A stretch of 64,000 bases of DNA from Fidelibacterota bacterium (lineage in GTDB: Bacteria; Fidelibacterota; Marinisomatia; Marinisomatales; TCS55): the NCBI GenBank assembly GCA_046861385.1, contig JBHHTW010000004.1:32001-96000 (forward strand), read 5' to 3'. Shown one piece after another: positions 40,517 through 51,247 of this stretch; within the stretch, counting starts at the first letter, position 1; each line of letters opens with the position of its first letter. A program made the position numbers and the translations under genes. The notes under the pieces are model-generated. The model made no database searches, was not told the origin of the DNA, and saw only the letters and a program-made list of their open reading frames with translations.

Positions 40517-41707
40517 ATGAAAATTGCATTCTTAACCGCCGGCGGTCTCGCCCCCTGCCTTTCATCATCCATAGGAGCTTTAATGATGAATTACCATTCA
40601 AAAGCACCCAAGGCCGAATTAATTGGTTATTTAAACGGGTATAAAGGTTTACTAATGGGAAAATCAATTTCCTTCCCGGAAAATGCCCATGAATATGCCG
40701 AGGTGCTTATGACTTACGGCGGAAGTCCAATTGGAAATAGTCGAGTGAAATTGACCAACATCGAAAATTGCTTAAAAAACAGATACATTAAAGAGGGAGA
40801 AAATCCGGTTGAAGTAGCTGCAAATCAACTCAGGAAAGATAAAATTGATATTCTCCACACGATTGGGGGTGATGATACAAACACCATGGCTTCGGTTCTG
40901 GTAGAATACTTATCTGAAAATGACTACGGACTCACAGTAGTTGGATTACCCAAAACGGTGGATAATGACGTTTATCCTATTGCCCGGTCTCTGGGCGCTG
41001 ATACCGCTGCCGAACAGGGAGCAATATTCTTCGAAAATATAGCCAATGAGAATACCACAAGTAACCGGCAACTCATTATTCATGAAGTTATGGGTAGAAA
41101 TTGCGGCTGGCTTACAGCTGCCACTGCCAAAAAATACAGGGATCGTTTATCCGAAAAACCATTTGTCGAAGAAATGCTGATTTCAAAAGAACGTTGGGAT
41201 GTGGATGCAGTATATATTCCTGAAAATGAAATGAATTTTGAGTTTGAATGTGATCGTTTAAATCGGCTGATGGAACAAAAAGATGGTGTGAATATTTTCA
41301 TTAGTGAAGGAGCTGGAATTGAAACCATTGTAGATGAAATGAAAAGCAGTGGTGAAGAAGTTCCTCGGGATGCCTTTGGTCATGTACGCATTGATGAAAT
41401 TAATCCCGGGCAATGGTTTGCAAAACAATTTAAAAAGAGATTAAAGGCAGAAAAAGTTCTTGTACAAAAAAGCGGGTATTTTGCAAGATCAGCTGCCCCG
41501 AACTCCTTTGATCTGGAATTGATAAAAAGCACGGCAGAGTTTGCGTCTGATTTTGCGTTAGATAGAAAAAGCGGTGTGGCTGGTTTGGATGAAGAAAACA
41601 AAAATCAAATGAGTTTAATTGATTTTAAGAGGATAAAAGGTGGAAAGCCATTCGATACAGAAAAAGAATGGTTTCAAGAATTATTAAAAAATATCGGACA
41701 ACAATAA
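40517..41707 (+). CDS. pfp: Pyrophosphate-dependent phosphofructokinase
   Basis: LTAGGLAPC, GGDDTN, PKTVDND, HEVMGRNCG, QKSGYFARS. Confidence 0.92.
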   Translation: MKIAFLTAGGLAPCLSSSIGALMMNYHSKAPKAELIGYLNGYKGLLMGKSISFPENAHEYAEVLMTYGGSPIGNSRVKLTNIENCLKNRYIKEGENPVEVAANQLRKDKIDILHTIGGDDTNTMASVLVEYLSENDYGLTVVGLPKTVDNDVYPIARSLGADTAAEQGAIFFENIANENTTSNRQLIIHEVMGRNCGWLTAATAKKYRDRLSEKPFVEEMLISKERWDVDAVYIPENEMNFEFECDRLNRLMEQKDGVNIFISEGAGIETIVDEMKSSGEEVPRDAFGHVRIDEINPGQWFAKQFKKRLKAEKVLVQKSGYFARSAAPNSFDLELIKSTAEFASDFALDRKSGVAGLDEENKNQMSLIDFKRIKGGKPFDTEKEWFQELLKNIGQQ

Positions 41708-41719
41708 AGGAAAAAAATT

Positions 41720-42892
41720 ATGTCAAAACAACCCCCAGTATTAAATACTTCCAGGAAATTTCCTGATAATATGACATCTGCTCATGGGTTATTACTCAAA
41801 GCAAAGCGGGGTGAAAAGGGTAATGGGAACGGAATAGGATATGCTGTACCGGCATTTAATGTGACCACATTTCAGGGGATTAATGCTGCCATGAAGGCGT
41901 TCGAATTACTGGGTTCTTCAGGCTTAATGGCATTCTCCAATTCTGCGCTAAAGCATTTTGGAGGTGGCAATCAAGTCTTTGGTCTGGAAGTAGCTGCATC
42001 ATATATTGAAAAAATGGCCAAGAAATCATCCGTGAAAATTGCCACCCACTTGGACCACGGCGATTATATCACTGAACCGGGACGAAAAGTTCTCCAGGCT
42101 TCTGTTCAATGTTTAACCAGCGTGATGGCAGACAATTCCACAGACCACGTAAATAAGATTGCCATGCCTCTTAAGGATAATATTGAATTAACCCGGGAAG
42201 TAGTTAATATGGCTCACCCGGTTGGATTATCGGTGGAAGGCGAATTGGGTGTATTAGCAGGAGAAGAAGATGAAGATACAAAATCCGAATTTTCCACCTA
42301 TACAAATACGAATGAATTAGATCAGTTCCTGAGAGAAACAGGCGTTTTGATGCTTGCGCCTACTATTGGAACTATGCACGGACCTAATAAGGGGAAACCG
42401 GGGCAAAAAGTGAAATTGAATATTCCGCTGGCACATGAATTATTAAAAATTGCCAATGAGATTAATGATGAAATCGTGTTTGTGGCTCATGGTGCATCCA
42501 CCCTGTATCCTCAAGTAGCTGAATACGCCATGAAACAATTGGAAGCAATGGATGGTAAACAGGCTGATCACCAAAAATGGGGAAACTTTGTTGGAACAGA
42601 TTGGGATCAAATTGAAGGATTAATAAAAGCAGGATTCTGTAAAATCAATACAGATACTGAAAACCGCCAGACATTTCTAGCAGCCTTGTTAGGAGCCATC
42701 AACGAAAACAGTGCAAAAATTGATATTCGCTGGTATGATAATCATGGTACAGACGGATTAACCAAAAGCTATATCCAAAAACTCATTATGGCTGGGAACT
42801 ATGGCGTCTGGCATGAACCGAAGATAAACGTGGAAAAATTCAAATTTGATTTAGGAACGCCATTATCAGATTTAATATCTCAAGCCGGCTAA
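41720..42892 (+). CDS. fba: Class II fructose-bisphosphate aldolase (divergent)
   Basis: AVPAFN, HLDHG, VEGELG, GTMHG, AHGAS, KINTDT. Confidence 0.85.
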   Translation: MSKQPPVLNTSRKFPDNMTSAHGLLLKAKRGEKGNGNGIGYAVPAFNVTTFQGINAAMKAFELLGSSGLMAFSNSALKHFGGGNQVFGLEVAASYIEKMAKKSSVKIATHLDHGDYITEPGRKVLQASVQCLTSVMADNSTDHVNKIAMPLKDNIELTREVVNMAHPVGLSVEGELGVLAGEEDEDTKSEFSTYTNTNELDQFLRETGVLMLAPTIGTMHGPNKGKPGQKVKLNIPLAHELLKIANEINDEIVFVAHGASTLYPQVAEYAMKQLEAMDGKQADHQKWGNFVGTDWDQIEGLIKAGFCKINTDTENRQTFLAALLGAINENSAKIDIRWYDNHGTDGLTKSYIQKLIMAGNYGVWHEPKINVEKFKFDLGTPLSDLISQAG

Positions 42893-42960
42893 CTTAAAAA
42901 ACAGTCAACCAATTAAAAGCCTCGGTTATTTTCTCGGGAATTATTTAATAATAAATTTTT

Positions 42961-43584
42961 TTAGAATGAAAATTTCATTCCAATAACATACGTTTGTTCC
43001 CAACCATTATTTTTCCAATCATCTTGGATTAAATGGTATATTTTTACTTTCATAAATGATATACTCTTGATTTCAAAGCCAACGTAAAAACGGTTTCGAT
43101 TTAACTCATTTCCTTCCATATCATAAAAAATTTCATCAGCCGTATAAGGGATTAGTTTAAGCGGAGTAAATCCATTGCCGAATTTTGCAGTAATCATATC
43201 TCGGTTACGGATGACAGGGTCTTTATCCTGTTTCATGCGGTATTCAAACCGGCTTCTGGCAGTAATCCCCAGTATTCCAAATTTCATTTTTGTGGATAGT
43301 GTTCCATGGGGACGATGTTCCTGTGTCCATACTTTATTTTTCCATTCAAACACTTCTCTAAAATTGAGGCTTAATTTAAATGGTCTAATCAAATGAAAGG
43401 ATATTCCAATATCTCCGTGGGAATACTTTAGTTGTTGGCCCATATTCAACGATCGAAAATCACTTTCTATTGAGAGAGAATATGTGTCGTTTAATGGTTT
43501 TGAAAGTTTGGCTGCCTGCCACAGTTCCGGTTGTTCAGCTATTAATAATAATGGGAGGAATAAGATGGTCAGGTATTTTAACAT
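42961..43584 (-). CDS. DUF2490-like outer-membrane beta-barrel
   Basis: Signal peptide; EHRP, RSRFEYR, RNR, PY.ADEIF, NRNRFY; C-terminal F. Confidence 0.75.
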   Translation of the reverse strand: MLKYLTILFLPLLLIAEQPELWQAAKLSKPLNDTYSLSIESDFRSLNMGQQLKYSHGDIGISFHLIRPFKLSLNFREVFEWKNKVWTQEHRPHGTLSTKMKFGILGITARSRFEYRMKQDKDPVIRNRDMITAKFGNGFTPLKLIPYTADEIFYDMEGNELNRNRFYVGFEIKSISFMKVKIYHLIQDDWKNNGWEQTYVIGMKFSF

Positions 43585-43630
43585 TTCGTTTCTTTCTCTT
43601 ATATGTTGTTTATATAAATAATCTTTTAGT

Positions 43631-45430
43631 CTAAATCGAATAAATATGGGTAATGGTTTTGGCGATATTAGCTATATATACATTTATTTGCTTTAATAAA
43701 TCCATCAATTCCATATGAATTTCATGTGTTTCGATAGACTCCTCTCTTTCGTCTTGAAGTCGTTTTAAATGGCGGAGACGGTATTCCGATTCCAGATCGG
43801 AATATTTTTCATCTTTGGCCATAATATTTAAAGCCTTAACGGGGTCGAACGTTGAAAATGCTTCCTTAAATCGGCTGACCTGTTTACAAACTTTTGTATG
43901 AAAAATATCCAACTCATTTTTTCCTTCTTCAGAAAAATCTGTTTTTAATATTGATTTTTTTGCAATTAGAGGAATCATATTTTTTTCAATTATGTCCCCA
44001 ACGCTTTCAATATCATTCACAATAAACATTAAACCATACACTTCTTTTATTTGATGATCAGATAATTCCTGCCTTCCAATTTTTCTTAAATAAATTACGA
44101 TTCGTTCATCAAGGAAATCCAGTTTATGTTCCCGAAACTTAATACCATCCACCAGCGAAAATTGTGGATATTTTTTATCTCTTAAAGTTTCATTTGATTT
44201 AAATGGATCTATGATGGCCTCCAGCATTCGACCGAAAATTTTAATCATTCGAAACGTTTCGTTTCGGGCTAAATCAATGGCTAAGGCAGGAGTAGAAATG
44301 GCTTTATCATCCAAATGCCATGTCACAATTTGAGCATCTTTTTTTTCTTCTTTTTCTGGAAGTATTTTGACAAATATTTTTGCAAAATAGGAAGTGAATG
44401 GCAGGAAAATAATGGCGAGGCTTACATTGAAAATGGTATGAGCATTGGCAATTTGGCGAGGTGTTTCGGCTGCCAATTTATGAATTCCAATACCATCATA
44501 TGCAGGGGATATTGAACGGATGAGATCGGCAAACGCGGGTATCCAGAAAATAAAAAGGAACACACCACCGATTTTAAACAAAACGTGGGCCATGGCCACT
44601 CGCTTGGCTTCGCGGGTCGTGCCGATACTTGCCAACCCTGCGGTAATACATGTTCCTATATTTGCACCAAAAATAAGAGGAATACCCGCTTCCAAAGTGA
44701 GCAAACCCTGTTGAGCCAGAACAATAATGATACCGGCAAATGCGCCGCTGCTTTGAATTAGTGCCGTGAAAATGGTTCCAAGCAGGAGTCCCAGTAAAGG
44801 ATTCTCTAATCCTTTCAACAATTCGATAAATGGCAAGTGAGTTCGCAACGGAGTCATGGCATCGGACATAAGCTTCATACCAAAAAACAAGATTCCAAAT
44901 CCCATTACGACTTCACCGATATACTTTGATGAATCTTTTTTGGAAAACAAAGTTAGAGCGAATCCTACAGCGACCATCAAAAGGGCATAATCAGTTACTT
45001 TGAAAGCAATGAGCTGTGCTGTGATTGTTGTTCCAATATCAGCTCCGAGGATTACGCCCAGCGACTGGACAAAAGTCATTAATTGAGCCTGAACAAAACT
45101 GACGAGCATGACGGTGGTTGCGCTGGAGCTCTGGATAACCATAGTTACGAATGCTCCAACCGTCATCCCGACAATTCGATTATTGGTCAGGGCAGAAAGA
45201 ATATTGCTCAAACGGTCACCAGCGCTCTTTTTCATTCCTTCACTCATTTTTCCCATACCATATAAAAAGAGAGATAATCCCCCTATGAGGGTAATGAATA
45301 TGTTTGTCCATGACATCGCTTTGGAAAGGTGTGCTGAGTCTGCAATGAGTGGTTGAAAAATCAGGATTGCACACACAGCTGCCATTTGCAAATATGGCTT
45401 TTGAAACACTTTATTAAAATTATTACTCAT
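43631..45430 (-). CDS. Na+/Pi cotransporter with C-terminal PhoU-like domains
   Basis: IQSSSATT, GADIGTT, IQSSGA, GANIGTC, RQIANAHT, DIESVGD. Confidence 0.92.
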   Translation of the reverse strand: MSNNFNKVFQKPYLQMAAVCAILIFQPLIADSAHLSKAMSWTNIFITLIGGLSLFLYGMGKMSEGMKKSAGDRLSNILSALTNNRIVGMTVGAFVTMVIQSSSATTVMLVSFVQAQLMTFVQSLGVILGADIGTTITAQLIAFKVTDYALLMVAVGFALTLFSKKDSSKYIGEVVMGFGILFFGMKLMSDAMTPLRTHLPFIELLKGLENPLLGLLLGTIFTALIQSSGAFAGIIIVLAQQGLLTLEAGIPLIFGANIGTCITAGLASIGTTREAKRVAMAHVLFKIGGVFLFIFWIPAFADLIRSISPAYDGIGIHKLAAETPRQIANAHTIFNVSLAIIFLPFTSYFAKIFVKILPEKEEKKDAQIVTWHLDDKAISTPALAIDLARNETFRMIKIFGRMLEAIIDPFKSNETLRDKKYPQFSLVDGIKFREHKLDFLDERIVIYLRKIGRQELSDHQIKEVYGLMFIVNDIESVGDIIEKNMIPLIAKKSILKTDFSEEGKNELDIFHTKVCKQVSRFKEAFSTFDPVKALNIMAKDEKYSDLESEYRLRHLKRLQDEREESIETHEIHMELMDLLKQINVYIANIAKTITHIYSI

Positions 45431-45906
45431 GGATGATTACTCCATGTGGAATACGGGTATCGTGTGAGCATGGCATTATAGTATTTTTGTTGGTGGGATA
45501 CTTCTTCACCAATAAAGCCGGGTTTATTGAATGATTGATCCTCTTTTTCTAATTCAATTTCTGCAATAACCAATCCTTGGTTTGCACCATGAAATTCATC
45601 AATTTCCCAGATGAAACCATCATAATCATATTTGTAGCGAGTTTTTTCTATTAATGGCTTATTGCAAAGTTTCATAAGCTTTTGAGCGTCTGGTTCAGAA
45701 ATTTCTATTTCGAATTCCATACGGGTTAATTCCGTTTTTAATGATTTGATGGTCAGCCAGGCTTGTTGGTCCATCATACGGACACGAACAACTTTTTGTT
45801 CATCAGCGCTGATGTAACCCTGAATACAGCGATTACCTTCATTTGGCTTTGGCCAGTTCTCTTTGACCAAAAATTTTCGTTCAATTTCGAGTTTTATATT
45901 TTCCAT
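45427..45906 (-). CDS. CYTH-domain triphosphate tunnel metalloenzyme
   Basis: EIERKF (ExExK), IQGY, VRVR, IEKTRY, WEIDEF, AEIEL. Confidence 0.92.
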   Translation of the reverse strand: MENIKLEIERKFLVKENWPKPNEGNRCIQGYISADEQKVVRVRMMDQQAWLTIKSLKTELTRMEFEIEISEPDAQKLMKLCNKPLIEKTRYKYDYDGFIWEIDEFHGANQGLVIAEIELEKEDQSFNKPGFIGEEVSHQQKYYNAMLTRYPYSTWSNHP

Positions 45907-47246
45907 AATCTAATTAATAAAATAGAGGATATTAATCCCGGATAAAATGGTTCAATATTCCCTGGATAATACCCCAACAGTTTACCATAAATAAACCATA
46001 TAACGGCAATCATCACCGGCAAGATTATGACCAATACTGATTTAGAATTTCTCATCCGAATTTTCGTAAATGTTAATAAAAATGGAGCCAATATCCCCGG
46101 AATGATAATTGAACCAATCACGTACCATAGCCGTACCACGGATGGAATACTCACAGCCAGCAACACTGCAATAAACGACATAACAATTAATCCTTTTCGA
46201 ATATGGACTTTCGAATCTGAAAGAGATTCTTTTTCATAGAGTCTCATCATAATATCTCTACCAAATGTGATAGCACTGATGAGGCCGTTGGAATCAATGG
46301 TAGACATAATAGTGGAAAATAATCCGATCAGAAAAATGCCATAAATGAATGGCGGCAAAATTTTTAACGCTAATTCCGGATAAGCCATTGTTGCCATCTG
46401 GTTCGGTACCAGCACTGCCGCATATAGCCCTGTCGTTATGGTGAGGATATCAAATATTAACCAAAAACCTATGGAAATCAAAATTCCTTTCCGGGCTGTA
46501 TTTGGAGAATTTGCAGCAGCTGTTCGTTGATAAAACCCGGGATCAATAAAGGTCCACATGGCAATAAAAAACCAGACCAGAATATATTGGACCGAATTAC
46601 CCCCGGTTGGATTAAAATAATGATCCGGTAATTTGGAAAATAATGAAACGGGTGCTCCACTGGTTTTCCAGGAAAATATTAACAGTAAAATGAATCCTGT
46701 AAACATGAGGATAAATTGAAGTATATCTGTTCTGATCACTGATCTAAATCCACCAAACCAAACATAAATCAAACTCACACCGGCTGCGAACAAAATGGCT
46801 GACTGCAGAGACCAATGAAGCGTGTGCTGGAATAAAATTCCCAGACTTAAAATGTAAGGGGCTGGGGATGCTAAAATAAGGATAAGCAGCGCACTGGCAA
46901 TTCCGGCACTTTTACCGAAATGTTTATGAAAATGATCAGGGATGGAACGATGGGGAAGGTTTCTGATCCTCGGTGCTAAATAAATTGCAAACAAAAAGCC
47001 AAAGACATAGTAAGGCAGCGCAAAAATAAACCAGGTTTGGATTCCATAATTATAGGTGTTCTCTCCGACACCCAATATCCCTCCATACCATGTGGCGACT
47101 AAGGTAGCCACGAGCCCGGGGAGACTTAATCTTCTTCCCGCGAGAATGAAATCTTTATCGTCGTCATTTTTCGAGGATTTATAAAACCCAAGTAATAATA
47201 GAAGTACGAAATATCCACCGATGGCTAACCAGTCTAAAGAATGCAT
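45894..47246 (-). CDS. Sodium:solute symporter (possible thiamine/precursor transporter)
   Basis: FILAGRRL, ATWYGG, GGFRSVIRTD, DPGFYQR, STIMSTIDS; next to thiN. Confidence 0.88.
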   Translation of the reverse strand: MHSLDWLAIGGYFVLLLLLGFYKSSKNDDDKDFILAGRRLSLPGLVATLVATWYGGILGVGENTYNYGIQTWFIFALPYYVFGFLFAIYLAPRIRNLPHRSIPDHFHKHFGKSAGIASALLILILASPAPYILSLGILFQHTLHWSLQSAILFAAGVSLIYVWFGGFRSVIRTDILQFILMFTGFILLLIFSWKTSGAPVSLFSKLPDHYFNPTGGNSVQYILVWFFIAMWTFIDPGFYQRTAAANSPNTARKGILISIGFWLIFDILTITTGLYAAVLVPNQMATMAYPELALKILPPFIYGIFLIGLFSTIMSTIDSNGLISAITFGRDIMMRLYEKESLSDSKVHIRKGLIVMSFIAVLLAVSIPSVVRLWYVIGSIIIPGILAPFLLTFTKIRMRNSKSVLVIILPVMIAVIWFIYGKLLGYYPGNIEPFYPGLISSILLIRLWKI

Positions 47247-47336
47247 TGTTTAGGTTACCTCAAAATACGTCTGACCGTAAAATAGAGAAAATTCACTGAA
47301 ATCTAGAGATTCAGGAAAAGGGTAAAACTTAATTCG

Positions 47337-47373
47337 TAAAACGTAATTCAAGTTTTTAACTAATTACGTTTTA
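47337..47373. promoter_or_regulatory. AT-rich inverted repeat between thiN and the SSS gene
   Basis: TAAAACGTAATT-N13-AATTACGTTTTA, perfect 12-bp arms; role unknown. Confidence 0.35.
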
Positions 47374-47456
47374 AATAATTATTGAATGCCATATTTTTTG
47401 TTAAACGTCTGAATTGGTGTTAAATGGACAATATTAAGCTCTAATAATATATCCTA

Positions 47457-48089
47457 TTAACTATTCAAATGATTGATAAACAGCCAAATGGATCCATTTG
47501 TATCTATTGTGAATTTATTCCCTACTGCTTCATTGCTGATTCCATTGCATGCCGGAGGAAACGGCTCCTGGTTTAATGAATATTTCAATCCTGTAGTGGA
47601 AATCGACTTCACAGGTTCGACCGCTACAATAGAAATCAGCTGTCCTTTTTTGGATTGGAATGATTGCTTACCCTTAAAACAATAGATGCTTGAATAATCT
47701 GAAACAAAGTGAATATTTATCACCGGAGAAAATTCTGCCAAAATATGAAGATTCCCGAGGCTGTGGTCTTCTCGTTTTCCCGTTGCCCCCAGTACAATAA
47801 CATCATTCAAACGGTTGATTAAACACCATTCCAATGTTTTTTGAAGATCTGTTTTATTTTGATCGGGCACTGGAATCCATAATCCCTTGAATGCTTCATT
47901 TTTCAACTGCGTGGAGTCAAGATCTCCAATAATCACATGGGGTATTCGATTAAATTTCTGAAGAATATCAGCGCTTCCATCTGTACAAATGACTGTTCCG
48001 GCGCTATCCAAAATATTCAGCGGTACAAGATGTCTGGGAAACTGTCCGTTGGCTAAAATGACGATTGGTTGTTGAAAAGATGAATCCAT
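47457..48089 (-). CDS. thiN: Thiamine pyrophosphokinase
   Basis: CTDG, IIGDLDS, DQNKTD, GATGKREDH, GLKY, GISN. Confidence 0.93.
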   Translation of the reverse strand: MDSSFQQPIVILANGQFPRHLVPLNILDSAGTVICTDGSADILQKFNRIPHVIIGDLDSTQLKNEAFKGLWIPVPDQNKTDLQKTLEWCLINRLNDVIVLGATGKREDHSLGNLHILAEFSPVINIHFVSDYSSIYCFKGKQSFQSKKGQLISIVAVEPVKSISTTGLKYSLNQEPFPPACNGISNEAVGNKFTIDTNGSIWLFINHLNS

Positions 48090-48214
48090 ATAGGCATCAA
48101 AATTACAATTAACTGATACTATGTAATAAAATATTACTTCTGAAGAACTAATTTTTTAGTGTTTTATTTTTTAATAAAAAGTATTGATGTCTTATTTATA
48201 AATATAATAAACTC

Positions 48215-48242
48215 GGAAACGATATATACGAAAAACGTTTCC
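48215..48242. promoter_or_regulatory. Candidate TetR operator
   Basis: GGAAACG-N14-CGTTTCC immediately before the TetR TTG start. Confidence 0.55.
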
Positions 48243-48243
48243 A

Positions 48244-48858
48244 TTGTCTAACACATTCACACAACAAGAAAAACATATCCTGGAAGAAGGATTCGAAGCC
48301 ATTACTCAGACTGGTGCAAAATCTTTTACAGTTGAGTCTCTGGCAGGCAGGTTGGGGATGAGTAAAAAAACCATTTATAAATATTTTCCAACCAAGGAAA
48401 AGCTCATTCGAAAAATTGTTGTATTCATTACCGGGAAGGTCGAACAAATATTGAAGAAAATTCGGGAAACTGAAGAAAATCCGGCGGTGCAGTTTATTAA
48501 AGTAATGGAGCACATTTCAAAATTTGCAAGTCGGGCTCCGATTCATTTATTGGTACAATTAAAATCGACGTATCCAACTGCATGGAAAGAAATTGAAACA
48601 TTTAGATTAAGACGTCAGGAGGATTTTTATAAAATTCTATTATCCGCTCAGGAACAGGGATTTGCGCGAAAAGACATAAACATGAGAAAATTCTCCATTA
48701 TATTTATCAATATGATTAATAATACCTTTCAACCCGAATTCTTTCTACAAAATGATTTATCAATTCGTGAAACAATCAATAGCGTCAAAGAAATTATTTC
48801 CAGAGGAATTTTTACACCAGAAGGATTAGAAGTTATCCAAAAATATTATGAAAAATAA
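48244..48858 (+). CDS. TetR/AcrR-family regulator
   Basis: FTVESLAGRLGMSKKTIYKYFPTKEKL HTH. Confidence 0.9.
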   Translation: MSNTFTQQEKHILEEGFEAITQTGAKSFTVESLAGRLGMSKKTIYKYFPTKEKLIRKIVVFITGKVEQILKKIRETEENPAVQFIKVMEHISKFASRAPIHLLVQLKSTYPTAWKEIETFRLRRQEDFYKILLSAQEQGFARKDINMRKFSIIFINMINNTFQPEFFLQNDLSIRETINSVKEIISRGIFTPEGLEVIQKYYEK

Positions 48859-51169
48859 ACACACTAAATATTCAGATCATCCAGTAAGGGCTTGGTTTAT
48901 CCACCAAAGTATTGATCATGCCAAACGAACAATCATTATATCTATTCTGTTAACATTATTTATGGCTTCCGGATTAGGATTTTTTACGATCGATGACGAT
49001 ATTATGAAAATGATGCCCAAAAATTTAGAGTCTCGGGTATCATGGGACAATATTCAGGAAGAATTTGGAAGTACAGAAGTAATTTTCATCGCTTTTGGTC
49101 ACCAGGAAAAAACAGTGTATTCTCCTGAAACACTGTCGACATTATGGGATTTGTCTGAAGAATTGGAAGCATCAAAATCTGTTGAGGAAGTCACTTGTAT
49201 TTCTACATCAACACGTATGGATAATATTGACGGTTTTATGGAAATTGACGATTTACAACCAGAGAAGGATTTATCAATTGAATCAATCGAAAGTATTAAA
49301 AAATATCTTGAGAAAAATAATCATATCAAACAAAGATTTGTTAGCAAGAATGAGGATTATTTGATCGCGATTATTCAACCGTATGAAGATATTAGTAAGG
49401 ACAGTTTTGTGGACGAGGTGACATCTGTTGCGAATCCTATTTTAGAAGGATACGAAATATATTATGGTGGACAATCTTATATAACCGGCATCATGCCCTC
49501 TTCAATTCGCAACGATGTGAAAGGTCTCATGTTGGTCGGGATGCTGATTCTATCCTTTATATTATTAATCAATATCAGGAGTATACCGGGAGTGGCACTG
49601 GTTTTAATGGTGATATTACTATCATTAATTGCCATGCTTGGATTCATGGGGTGGATTCATAAATTGACAGGATCAGGAAAATTCCTTTTTACATTAGCAA
49701 ATACGTCCATGCCCATTATTTTACTAACAATAGCCAACTCCGACGGTGTTCATATTGTTATTAAATTTTTTAAAGAACTACGTCATAAACAACATATACA
49801 TCAGGCCGTTGCCTCAACCATGGATTCTCTTCTAATACCCGTATTCTTAACCAGTCTAACAACAGTTGTGGCCTTTTTAACCATGATCTCATCTCCATTA
49901 GAACCCTTGATTGGTTATGGCTTAACGATTAGTTCAGGAATTATTTGGGCTTGGTTTTTGAGCTCAACGTTACTTCCGGCGGTGATTAGTATAAAAAAAT
50001 GGAATTTGAAATCCAAAGCTATTACTCATCCGAGCATTTTTGAGAAGGCAATACATAAATTAGCTAATAAGGTGTTGACACATCCTAAATATGTTTTTGC
50101 CACAGGTTTGATTATCGTGCTAATAGGAGCCGGGGGTCTTTTCAAGGTTTCCGTAGATGTGAATATGGCCAATTTCTTTAAGCCGGGGACAGAAATAAGA
50201 AAAAGTATGGAATTCATGGATAACGAAATGACGGGAACTGTAGACATCCGAGTTCTCCTTGAGGGGGAAATGAAAAACCCTAAAACAATGACACTAATGG
50301 CTGAATTACAGGATTTTATGGAATCTGACCCGAAGGTATCTACCAGTTACTCCATTGCTGATGTAGTAAAACAAATGCATCGCACTGTTATGGATGACAA
50401 CCCGGAATTCGAGACCATCCCAAATTCCAAGGAGAAGATAAATAATTTATATACTATGTATTCAATGTCCGGAGATCTGGATGATTTTTCATCAATGGTT
50501 GATTATGACTATAAAGTGGGATTAATTACTGCATTTAGTCAATCGATGACAACAAATGAAATATTCAAATTTGTTAATAAATGTAAAATATTTATTGATG
50601 AACATATTGATTCCGCATTGTCGTATAATTTTACAGGTATGATTGTTATCTTTAGAGATCTGGTAATACTGATCATCAAGTCTACCTTTTTTAGTATCCT
50701 GTTTTCATTGGTTATGATTGGAATTCTTTCATCCATATTTTTTAAGAAAATATTATGGGGTGTTTTGGCAATAATGCCATTAACAGCCTCCGTCATACTG
50801 GATTTTGGATTTATGGGGTATTTTGGCATCGAACTCTCTCATGTTACAGCCATTTTATCTTCGATAATCATTGGTGTAGGAGTTGATTTTGCCATCCACT
50901 ATATTGCTCAGTTTAGACGGCTATCTCGGACTGTTGACGAAGGGAAGTTAAGCAGAGAAGTCATGGATGATGTGGGTTATCCAATCATTTTAGACGCATT
51001 TTCAAATATGGGGTTTGGCGCATTGCTCTTTTCGGCATTCCTGCCGATCCAATACATTGGCGGTCTGATGATATTTGCGATGGTTTCCACAGCTTTTGGT
51101 ACACTCACCGTACTGTCAGCAATGGTCGAGCTATTGAGAAGGAAATTGATTGAAAAAAAAATAATTTGA
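48848..51169 (+). CDS. MMPL/RND-family transporter, paralog 1
   Basis: Two MMPL halves; IANSDGVH, LTSLTT, IIGVGVDFAIH. Confidence 0.9.
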   Translation: MKNKHTKYSDHPVRAWFIHQSIDHAKRTIIISILLTLFMASGLGFFTIDDDIMKMMPKNLESRVSWDNIQEEFGSTEVIFIAFGHQEKTVYSPETLSTLWDLSEELEASKSVEEVTCISTSTRMDNIDGFMEIDDLQPEKDLSIESIESIKKYLEKNNHIKQRFVSKNEDYLIAIIQPYEDISKDSFVDEVTSVANPILEGYEIYYGGQSYITGIMPSSIRNDVKGLMLVGMLILSFILLINIRSIPGVALVLMVILLSLIAMLGFMGWIHKLTGSGKFLFTLANTSMPIILLTIANSDGVHIVIKFFKELRHKQHIHQAVASTMDSLLIPVFLTSLTTVVAFLTMISSPLEPLIGYGLTISSGIIWAWFLSSTLLPAVISIKKWNLKSKAITHPSIFEKAIHKLANKVLTHPKYVFATGLIIVLIGAGGLFKVSVDVNMANFFKPGTEIRKSMEFMDNEMTGTVDIRVLLEGEMKNPKTMTLMAELQDFMESDPKVSTSYSIADVVKQMHRTVMDDNPEFETIPNSKEKINNLYTMYSMSGDLDDFSSMVDYDYKVGLITAFSQSMTTNEIFKFVNKCKIFIDEHIDSALSYNFTGMIVIFRDLVILIIKSTFFSILFSLVMIGILSSIFFKKILWGVLAIMPLTASVILDFGFMGYFGIELSHVTAILSSIIIGVGVDFAIHYIAQFRRLSRTVDEGKLSREVMDDVGYPIILDAFSNMGFGALLFSAFLPIQYIGGLMIFAMVSTAFGTLTVLSAMVELLRRKLIEKKII

Positions 51170-51247
51170 TTGGATGATTACAACAAGACTATGCACAATT
51201 AAGAGAATAGAAACACCTATGTACGACGGGTTAATGTAGGAGTTACT

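Noticed and set aside
47247-48243. TPP riboswitch expected near thiN or the SSS gene
   Set aside because: No CTGAGA core with the downstream conserved TPP elements was found in either spacer.
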